In this document: positions 17,778 through 24,000 of the stretch, piece after piece
How the letters are laid out: every line of letters starts with the position of its first letter
How positions within the stretch are numbered: position 1 is the first letter of the stretch
NCBI GenBank assembly: GCA_038396605.1
Contig: CP121690.1
Location: forward strand, 2,484,356-2,508,355
Source: Eubacteriales bacterium mix99
Lineage (GTDB): Bacteria; Bacillota; Clostridia; Caldicoprobacterales; DTU083
Length of the DNA: 24,000 bases
Reading direction: 5' to 3'
Notes under the pieces: model-generated
What the model was told of the DNA's origin: nothing
The model's input: the letters and a program-made list of their open reading frames with translations, nothing else
Database searches by the model: none
Position numbers and translations under genes: made by a program

Positions 17778-17804
17778 GAAGGAATACTGCTTCATTTGTC
17801 GAAT
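17778..17804 (+). promoter_or_regulatory. Candidate sigma-H promoter of spo0A: -35 GAAGGAATA, 11-nt spacer, -10 GTCGAAT
   Basis: This is an exact fit to the B. subtilis sigma-H consensus RnAGGAwWW-(11-12)-RnnGAAT. It ends 56 nt upstream of the spo0A ATG. Confidence 0.55.
17797..17803 (+). promoter_or_regulatory. 0A box (TGTCGAA; consensus TGNCGAA) overlapping the -10 of the putative sigma-H promoter
   Basis: Exact 7-mer match read from the sequence. It is the only one in the spoIVB-spo0A gap. Confidence 0.5.
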
Positions 17805-17859
17805 AGAATATTGGTATAAGCGACTGAAACCGGAAATTTTTTTAGGGGGGATACATGGA

Positions 17860-18666
17860 ATGAAGGAAAAAATCACTGTACTGATTGCGGATGACAACAA
17901 GGACTTTTGCGATATCATCAACCAATATCTGAGTAAGCAGGAAGACATGGATGTAGTAGGGATTGCAAATGATGGTATGGAAGCATTGGACTTATTTTAT
18001 AAAACGCAGCCGGATGTTATTGTACTGGATATTATCATGCCTCATTTGGATGGGCTGGGTGTGTTGGAGAAGCTGAATGAAGATAACCTGGAAAAATTCC
18101 CGAAAGTAATCATACTGTCTGCCGTGGGTCAGGATAAAATCACACAGAGAGCCATTACTCTGGGTGCAGATTACTATATCGTAAAGCCATTTGATCTGGA
18201 GGTATTCGTCCAGCGTATTCGCGAACTAACCATGACGGAAGATATGGATGCCATCCGGTTTCCGTCCGTTTCCACTTCTCCTGATTCCACTGTTTCAGAT
18301 GCTGGCAGGGAACGGAACCTGGAAGTGGAGATTACGAATATCATTCATGAGATCGGGGTTCCGGCTCATATCAAGGGATATCAATATCTGCGGGAAGCCA
18401 TCACCATGGTGGTCAATGATATTGATCTTTTGGGGAGCATTACAAAAAAGCTTTATCCGGGAATCGCCCAGAAGTTCAATACTACTCCCAGCAGAGTGGA
18501 GAGAGCCATTCGTCATGCCATTGAAGTGGCCTGGAGCCGGGGCAGGGTGGATACCATAAACAAGCTTTTTGGATATACGGTGCAGGATGATAAAGGAAAG
18601 CCGACGAACGGAGAGTTTATTGCCATGGTGGCTGACAAACTCAGAATGCAAATCAGGACGGTCTGA
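17860..18666 (+). CDS. spo0A: Sporulation master response regulator Spo0A
   Basis: 268 aa. The receiver domain is '[10 protein letters not shown]...[13 protein letters not shown]', and the DNA-binding domain has the Spo0A-specific '[18 protein letters not shown]' and '[17 protein letters not shown]'. Confidence 0.97.
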   Translation: MKEKITVLIADDNKDFCDIINQYLSKQEDMDVVGIANDGMEALDLFYKTQPDVIVLDIIMPHLDGLGVLEKLNEDNLEKFPKVIILSAVGQDKITQRAITLGADYYIVKPFDLEVFVQRIRELTMTEDMDAIRFPSVSTSPDSTVSDAGRERNLEVEITNIIHEIGVPAHIKGYQYLREAITMVVNDIDLLGSITKKLYPGIAQKFNTTPSRVERAIRHAIEVAWSRGRVDTINKLFGYTVQDDKGKPTNGEFIAMVADKLRMQIRTV

Positions 18667-18701
18667 TAAGAATACATTACCAGTGAAACAGGAAAAACAG
18701 T

Positions 18702-18736
18702 AAGGGGTTGTCCGGGGGGACAATCCCTTTTTATTG
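18702..18736 (+). terminator. Rho-independent terminator after spo0A
   Basis: A 12-bp stem AAGGGGTTGTCC / GGACAATCCCTT (one G-U pair) with a GGGG loop, followed by TTTTATT. Confidence 0.8.
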
Positions 18737-18793
18737 TGCATAAATTGTAAGGAATTGTTAAGACTATGAATACTTCATTGAGGAGCGTAAGGA

Positions 18794-19912
18794 ATGATTA
18801 GTGGTACTGCCAGAAAGGACAGAAAAACAAAGAATCTGATCCATCGGTTGCATGCAGATGACATTGCGGTGATTCTTCACCGGGATCTAGATGAAGTGGC
18901 TGCCACCCATCTTGTGGAACGAAAAGTCAAGGCAGTGATCAACTGTGAGAAATCCATCAGTGGGAAATTTCCCAATCAGGGACCCAAAATTTTAAGTGAT
19001 GCAGGCATTCCTCTGGTTGATGATATGGGACAACGGATTTTTGACCAAATACAGGATAATGATTGGATTGAGTTGAAGAACCGGACACTTTTTCTGAATG
19101 AAAAGCCATTGTGCCCCGCCACAATCCTGATGAAGAAAGAAATCCAGGAAAAAATGGAAGCTGCTTCAGATAATATACAGAATGTTTTACATGATTTTAT
19201 TGACAATACCCTGCATTATGCGGAAAAAGAAAAAGATATTGTTCTGTCCCCGGTAAATATGCCTTCTGTCAACATCCCCATAAAGGGACACCATGTATTG
19301 ATCGTCACGAGAGGGAAAAACTATAAGGAAGATCTGAAGGCCATCCGATCGTACATAGATGAAGTGAAGCCTGTTCGGATCGGAGTGGACGGCGGAGCAG
19401 ATGCCCTGCTGGAATTTGGGTACCAGCCGGATATTATCGTCGGGGATATGGACAGCGTAAGTGATTCTTCCCTGTATCAGTGCAGGGAAATCATTGTTCA
19501 TGCCTATCCGGACGGTCAGGCGCCCGGCATGGAACGAATACGTAAACTGGGGCTGTCTGCCAGGGTATTTCCTTATCCCGGTACCAGTGAGGACGTTGCC
19601 CTGATTCTTGCACACGAGAACAAGGCGGAACTTATTGTTACGGTGGGCAGCCATACCAATATGATCGATTTCCTGGAGAAAGGGAGGAGAGGAATGGCCA
19701 GCACCTTTCTGGTGAGAATGAAAGTAGGTTACAATGTGATTGACGCCAAAGGGGTCAGTGAATTGTACAGAAATCAGTTCAAGCCTGCCTATCTGATGGC
19801 GTTGTTTCTGGCTGTCATGCTTCCCATCTCCATGGTGGCGAGAATGTCTCCCCTGATGCAGGAGCTTTATCAGCTGATTACGCTGCGCCTGAAAATTCTT
19901 GTGGGCTTGTAG
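18794..19912 (+). CDS. steA: SteA-like putative cytokinetic-ring protein (thiamine-pyrophosphokinase-like domain, C-terminal TM anchor)
   Basis: AGGAG lies 8 nt upstream. The TPK-like block 'GVDGGADALLEFGYQPDIIVGDMDS' is at 19382-19456. The C-terminal hydrophobic helix is 'AYLMALFLAVMLPISMVARM'. Confidence 0.75.
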   Translation: MISGTARKDRKTKNLIHRLHADDIAVILHRDLDEVAATHLVERKVKAVINCEKSISGKFPNQGPKILSDAGIPLVDDMGQRIFDQIQDNDWIELKNRTLFLNEKPLCPATILMKKEIQEKMEAASDNIQNVLHDFIDNTLHYAEKEKDIVLSPVNMPSVNIPIKGHHVLIVTRGKNYKEDLKAIRSYIDEVKPVRIGVDGGADALLEFGYQPDIIVGDMDSVSDSSLYQCREIIVHAYPDGQAPGMERIRKLGLSARVFPYPGTSEDVALILAHENKAELIVTVGSHTNMIDFLEKGRRGMASTFLVRMKVGYNVIDAKGVSELYRNQFKPAYLMALFLAVMLPISMVARMSPLMQELYQLITLRLKILVGL

Positions 19913-19924
19913 GTGAGGATCCAT

Positions 19925-20815
19925 ATGAATGCAAAGTACTACGCTTTCCTGATGGTTGGAATATTTCTTGCCATTGGACTGGGAATGATGATTGGAATGA
20001 CCCTGGAAGACAAAAATATTGTTGAAGATCAGCAGACACAAATGATTCAGCAAATTGAGGATCATTTTACCCGTCTGCGGACGGAAACGGAACAACTGCA
20101 GAAAAGTATGAGCTCCATGGAAGAACAAAACAACCAGCTTTATGAACTTTCCAGTACCCTGATGACGGAAATCGTCCGGAACAAGTTGTCCGGAGTACAG
20201 GTTGGCGTGATCAGTTTTGCCGGCGAGACGCAAAAGAAAGACATTGGCGAACTGTGTGATTTTTTGCAGCAAACCGGTGCAACGGTTCAGTCCACCATTG
20301 TCCGCTTTCCATCCTCGGACTGGGATCGGACCGCCTCTGCAGGGAAATCTCCTGAGGAGGATTCTACCATATCGGCAGTGATTGAAAGCCTGGTCTTCAC
20401 CATGCGTTTTGGCGGTGTGTCGCCTCTGATTCAGGAGGTTGAGGATTTACAGATGATTTCCCATACCGGTGGATATGATGTTCCGATTGATAAAATTCTG
20501 CTGATTGGGCAGGGAAGTTCCGGGGTGGTCTGTGACAGGCTGCTGATCCGGCATGCTTCAAAAGCCGGCATTCCTGTTATCGCTGTGGAGTTGGGGGACC
20601 GGAAGGACAGTGGAATTGGTGAATATAAGAAACTTGGGATCTCCTCTGTGGATCATGTTGAAACGATTTATGGAAAACTGGCGATGGCCTCCCTGCTGGC
20701 CGGTAACCAGGGAAATTTCGGATATGGAGCGGAATCGCAGATGCAGCTGCCAAATCCTTTGTTTCCGGAAACAGACAAAGGTTCTGTTGCAACAAATGGG
20801 GAAAAGGCACAATGA
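19925..20815 (+). CDS. MctB / 'copper transporter' (DUF3186)-family protein, SteB-like: N-terminal TM, coiled coil, soluble domain
   Basis: AGGTGAGGA RBS precedes ATG 19925; the alternative GTG 19913 abuts the steA stop. The TM helix is 'YYAFLMVGIFLAIGLGMMIGMTL', followed by a Q/E-rich coiled coil and 'KLSGVQVGVISFAG'. The architecture is the one seen in proteins encoded next to steA. Confidence 0.65.
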   Translation: MNAKYYAFLMVGIFLAIGLGMMIGMTLEDKNIVEDQQTQMIQQIEDHFTRLRTETEQLQKSMSSMEEQNNQLYELSSTLMTEIVRNKLSGVQVGVISFAGETQKKDIGELCDFLQQTGATVQSTIVRFPSSDWDRTASAGKSPEEDSTISAVIESLVFTMRFGGVSPLIQEVEDLQMISHTGGYDVPIDKILLIGQGSSGVVCDRLLIRHASKAGIPVIAVELGDRKDSGIGEYKKLGISSVDHVETIYGKLAMASLLAGNQGNFGYGAESQMQLPNPLFPETDKGSVATNGEKAQ

Positions 20816-21525
20816 GTAAAAACGGGCAGGATATCGGAGTTGTGATCCCCGCTTTCAACGAAGAACGAACAATCGATAAAACCATAAAAGCTCTGAAACA
20901 GGTCGCCTGTATTGACCGGATTCTCGTCGTGGATGACGGATCTTCCGATTCCACAGCCGAATTGGCTTCTGAGAGCGGGGCAGAAGTGCTGAAGCTTCCG
21001 CAGAACAGTGGGAAGGGTCATGCCATGAAAATGGGCTATGAGGCTCTGCCGTGCTCTGTATTGATTTTTCTGGATGCTGACCTTGGGGAAACAGCAGCGG
21101 AAGCCATCCGGTTAATCGATCCGATCTGCGGGGGAAATGCGGAAGCAACCATTTCCCGTTTTCCTATGACTCCCGGGAAAGGCGGTTTTGGTTTTGTGAA
21201 AAGGCTTTCTTCCCGGGGACTGTTCTTTCTTACCGGTCAGACCTCTTCCAGTGTTCTTTCCGGCCAACGGGGGTTTTTACGTAAAATTCTTTCAGAGGAA
21301 AGCTTCCGATATTCCGGTTTTGGGATTGAGTTTGGTATGACAGTGGATCTACTTTGGAAGAATAGAAAGATACGGGAGGTGGATGTTGCAATGGAGCATC
21401 GGACAACGGGCAGGGACTTCGGAGGATTTTTGCATCGGGCCCGTCAATTTATGGATATTGCAATAGTCATTGTGAGGAAAGCAGTGGAAAAATCCAGCGC
21501 CCTGCCAAAGGGTAATGATATATGA
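20812..21525 (+). CDS. Soluble family-2 (GT-A fold) glycosyltransferase
   Basis: ATGA overlap with the upstream stop. 'IGVVIPAFNEERTI', 'ILVVDDGSSDST', 'NSGKGHAMKMG' and the DxD motif 'FLDADL' are present. I saw no TM segment. Confidence 0.8.
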   Translation: MSKNGQDIGVVIPAFNEERTIDKTIKALKQVACIDRILVVDDGSSDSTAELASESGAEVLKLPQNSGKGHAMKMGYEALPCSVLIFLDADLGETAAEAIRLIDPICGGNAEATISRFPMTPGKGGFGFVKRLSSRGLFFLTGQTSSSVLSGQRGFLRKILSEESFRYSGFGIEFGMTVDLLWKNRKIREVDVAMEHRTTGRDFGGFLHRARQFMDIAIVIVRKAVEKSSALPKGNDI

Positions 21526-22366
21526 GAAGAATCCGATTATGAATCCATCCACAATCCTTCTTTCGATCATCGTATCCGTTGCCTCCTTTTTTCTCTTCCG
21601 CAACAGGGTTCTTGCTTTTCTGGATGAAAAGAATCTGTCCGTCCAAAACTATTCCGGCAGAAAAGTGCGGACCGGAGGAGGCCTGCTTCTTCTATTTCCG
21701 GTCTTGCTTGCTGCCGTTCCGTCATTGTTTGTCACAAGACAGGCAGACGTTGTTTTTTATATCCTGATGATTCTCTGCCTGGCATTTTGCGGACTTCTGG
21801 ATGATGTTCTGGGGGATTCCACATCCAGGGGCCTGTCCGGACATATTGGAAAATTTTTAAAAGGCGGATTGTCCACCGGATGGATCAAGGCTTTTACCGG
21901 AGGGCTGATCGGAATACTTCTGGCATGGTACCGGTATCGAAATTTTCCTCTCTTTCTTTTGGATTCCCTGAGTTTTGCATTATGTGTCAATCTGGTCAAT
22001 CTTTTTGATCTGCGTCCCGGCAGGGCCATCAAGGGACTTCTGTTTGCCCTGGTACCCGTCATGCTCTTTGCCGGCTTCCGGGAAGTGTGGTCTGTCCTGC
22101 CTGTCCTTGTCCTTCTGATGTTCTATCTGGAGGGGGAAATGGAGGAGGCCTACATGCTGGGGGATACAGGCGCCAACCTTCTGGGCGGTATTCTTGGATT
22201 TTACGAAGTAATCGGGCTGCCCGTAAAGGGTAAAATCATTCTTACAATTTTTCTGGTTGCCCTTCATGTCCTGGCTGAATTTCAGTCGTTCTCCAAATGG
22301 ATTGATGCGGTGCCGATCCTCAGGGCAATCGACAGGCTGGGCCGGAAAAAGGGAAGCGAAAGATAG
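21515..22366 (+). CDS. Short, divergent MraY/WecA-type (GT4/PNPT superfamily) polyprenyl-phosphate sugar-phosphate transferase-like membrane protein
   Basis: About 9 hydrophobic helices. 'GLLDDVLGD' carries the DD motif (21800-21805), 'NLVNLFDLRPGR' (21989-22024) sits in place of NxxNxxDGxDGL, and 'GDTGANLLGGILG' is also present. The start is uncertain: ATG 21515 or ATG 21539. Confidence 0.7.
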   Translation: MIYEKNPIMNPSTILLSIIVSVASFFLFRNRVLAFLDEKNLSVQNYSGRKVRTGGGLLLLFPVLLAAVPSLFVTRQADVVFYILMILCLAFCGLLDDVLGDSTSRGLSGHIGKFLKGGLSTGWIKAFTGGLIGILLAWYRYRNFPLFLLDSLSFALCVNLVNLFDLRPGRAIKGLLFALVPVMLFAGFREVWSVLPVLVLLMFYLEGEMEEAYMLGDTGANLLGGILGFYEVIGLPVKGKIILTIFLVALHVLAEFQSFSKWIDAVPILRAIDRLGRKKGSER

Positions 22367-22375
22367 GTGGGAAGC

Positions 22376-23467
22376 ATGCTGGAAATGCAAATGGGAAGAG
22401 CCATACAGATTCTTTCCAGGCGGAATGGAATAACGGAAGTACTGCTGGAAACAGATCATCCAGTCCGGAAAGCGATCAATTACGATCGGATGACCGGAAA
22501 GGTTTCCGTCGGGGATATGCTTTATCTCAATACGACGGCAGCTTCCCTGGGACTGGGCACCGGGGGCTTCCATTTTGTCATGCTGAATGCCTCGCATGAA
22601 AAACTCTCCATGACGTCGGGAGGACATGGAATGAAATTACGATACACCCCGTTTCAGGTCAAGGTACCATTTGAGGAAGAAGAAAACAAGGGAGTAGAAG
22701 AATGTTTCAATCGTCCGCTGAATCTGAACAACAGATTGCTGTTCTTTGGCGAGCTTCACAGTATGATACCGCCGCTTTGTGCCTGCATCCGTTACTTTTT
22801 GGGGGAAAAATGCCGGATTGCCTATCTTATGACCGATCACGGTGCACTGCCTTTGGAGTTCAGCAAAAATGTTGCCTTCCTGAGGGAAAAAAAGATGCTG
22901 GATACGGTCATAACGATCGGCAATGCCTTTGGCGGAGATCATGAATGTGTCAATATCTATACAGGCCTGCAGGCGGCGGCTTATTTGGAAGGCTGTGATA
23001 TTATCCTGGTGGCCATGGGGCCGGGAATTACCGGCACCGGGACCCGATATGGATTTTCCGGCCTGGAGATGGGCTTTTACCTGGATCTGGCATATCGCCG
23101 GGGAGGACAATGCTGTTACATTCCCCGCATCAGCTTTGCCGACAGGAGGAGCCGACATTATGGACTGAGCCACCATTCCCGGACCCTGCTTGGTGAAATT
23201 TTGCAGTCACCTATTTCTCTTGTCCTGCCGATTGTAAGGCGAAGGGAGCAGAAATATCTTCTTGAGCAACTCAATCATGCGAATCTTTCCGGCAAATATC
23301 CGATGATCCTGTCCGATGGCAGCTATATCCGCACTGCCATGGATGCTTATCAGCTTTCCGTCACCACCATGGGAAGAAATATCGAGCAGGATCCGGCTTT
23401 CTTTTATGCAATCGGCGCTGCGGCACGGACAGGATTATCTCAGTTCCATCAAAGGGACGGGTTATAA
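22376..23467 (+). CDS. DUF3866-like protein of unknown function
   Basis: AGGTGGG precedes ATG 22376; the alternative GTG 22367 abuts the upstream stop. The blocks 'LNTTAASLGLGTGGFHFV', 'HGMKLRYTPFQ', 'MGPGITGTGTRYGFSG' and 'SFADRRSRHYGLSHHS' match my recollection of DUF3866. This has not been verified by an HMM search. Confidence 0.6.
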   Translation: MLEMQMGRAIQILSRRNGITEVLLETDHPVRKAINYDRMTGKVSVGDMLYLNTTAASLGLGTGGFHFVMLNASHEKLSMTSGGHGMKLRYTPFQVKVPFEEEENKGVEECFNRPLNLNNRLLFFGELHSMIPPLCACIRYFLGEKCRIAYLMTDHGALPLEFSKNVAFLREKKMLDTVITIGNAFGGDHECVNIYTGLQAAAYLEGCDIILVAMGPGITGTGTRYGFSGLEMGFYLDLAYRRGGQCCYIPRISFADRRSRHYGLSHHSRTLLGEILQSPISLVLPIVRRREQKYLLEQLNHANLSGKYPMILSDGSYIRTAMDAYQLSVTTMGRNIEQDPAFFYAIGAAARTGLSQFHQRDGL

Positions 23468-23527
23468 ACCGGGCTTGTCTGACATAAGAATATGCTATGA
23501 GACGAAACCATTCGGGGGGTGTCGGGT

Positions 23528-24000
23528 ATGTTCAGACGATTGGGAACGGATATCATCCAGCATATCCGAAAGAACATTGCTCTGTATCTGATTATTTTAT
23601 TTGCCATGCTGACCGGCGTCCTTTCCGGCTTTTTTACAGCAGGGGCAGTGGATGCTGTACAACGATCTGCCCTGATGGATTATCTGAAAGATTTTTTTCA
23701 AAATCTGGAGCAGGAAGGCATTCATCGGAACTCTGTTTTCCTGGAATCCTTATGGCAAAATCTTCAGTGCACCTTTTTCATCTGGCTCTCCGGTCTTTTT
23801 CGCTTTGGGATCCCATTCATTTTGCTTTTTGTTGGAATGCGCAGTTTTGTGATCGGCTTTACCTCAGGATTCCTGGTCGGTCAATATCATTTTGGAGGAT
23901 TCCTGTTTACCCTGCTCTGCATCCTTCCGCAAACCCTGCTCTATATTCTGTGTGTTTTTGGTATTGGAGTCCTGGCATTGGAGCATTCCGTTGACAAGCT
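23528..24000 (+). CDS. spoIIM: Stage II sporulation protein M (SpoIIM), 3' end beyond the window; not in the supplied ORF track
   Basis: My own translation from ATG 23528 reads 'MFRRLGTDIIQHIRKNIALYLIILFAMLTGVLSGFFTAGAV...LWQNLQCTFFIWLSGLFRFGIPFILLFVGMRSFVIGFTSGFLVGQ...LLCILPQTLLYILCVFGIGVLALE'. The frame stays open for 157 codons to the window end. An in-frame TGA at 23498-23500 bounds the 5' end. A G-rich RBS is at 23514-23520. The TM pattern is like SpoIIM. Confidence 0.8.
   Translation, partial: MFRRLGTDIIQHIRKNIALYLIILFAMLTGVLSGFFTAGAVDAVQRSALMDYLKDFFQNLEQEGIHRNSVFLESLWQNLQCTFFIWLSGLFRFGIPFILLFVGMRSFVIGFTSGFLVGQYHFGGFLFTLLCILPQTLLYILCVFGIGVLALEHSVDK

Noticed and set aside
18737-18793. 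A promoter for the steA-like operon. I looked at TTGTAA at 18745-18750, TATGAA at 18765-18770, and AGGAATT as a sigma-H-like -35.
   Set aside because: The spacings are wrong: 14 nt for the sigma-A pair and 8 nt for a sigma-H pair, and key positions mismatch. A promoter must lie here because of the upstream terminator, but I cannot identify it from the sequence alone.
19187-20272. A 361-aa ORF on the minus strand, antisense to the steA / MctB-like genes. It is the longest antisense ORF in the window.
   Set aside because: The product is His/Gln/Arg/Phe-rich with no recognisable motif. It lies exactly opposite two + strand genes that have clear family signatures and RBSs. This is a typical shadow ORF, produced when sense codon usage avoids TTA, CTA and TCA.
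23497-23994. The track's 165-aa + strand ORF at the end of the window.
   Set aside because: It is out of frame with the SpoIIM-like reading frame that starts at 23528. Its translation is Cys/Arg/Trp/Ser-rich and non-membrane-like, whereas the other frame gives a coherent polytopic SpoIIM-type protein.
1-24000. CRISPR arrays, tRNA or rRNA genes, transposases or integrases, and long direct or inverted repeats.
   Set aside because: I noticed none while reading the window. Intergenic space is minimal: the largest gaps are 170, 127, 124 and 120 nt, and promoters, terminators or leaders plausibly account for most of them.

Overview
The window is a 24-kb block in which every gene is on the + strand. 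It comes from an endospore-forming Firmicute, and the gene order looks clostridial. It is the conserved 'spoIIIA to spo0A' sporulation and housekeeping neighbourhood.

Gene order: spoIIIAA (5' end cut by the window) through spoIIIAH; an Asp23 / AmaP / DUF2273 envelope-stress module with its own sigma-A promoter; nusB; a TsaD/Kae1-like paralog; xseA-xseB-ispA; dxs with its own extended -10 promoter; tlyA-nadK-argR-recN; spoIVB; and spo0A, which has a sigma-H-type promoter overlapped by a 0A box and a strong intrinsic terminator.

The stand-out region is 18794-23467, immediately after the spo0A terminator. It holds five tightly packed, apparently translationally coupled genes:
- a SteA-like protein with a thiamine-pyrophosphokinase fold and a membrane anchor
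- an MctB/SteB-like membrane-anchored coiled-coil protein
- a soluble GT2 glycosyltransferase
- a short, motif-divergent MraY/WecA-type polyprenyl-phosphate transferase
- a DUF3866-like protein

As a set these have no defined function. I flag them as a candidate undescribed system that makes a septum-associated, lipid-linked glycoconjugate.

The window ends inside a spoIIM-like gene (23528 to the window end). The supplied ORF track misses it and lists a wrong-frame ORF at that position instead. I saw no rRNA, tRNA, CRISPR array, transposase or long repeat. All homology calls come from reading the translations by eye and have not been checked by a database search.
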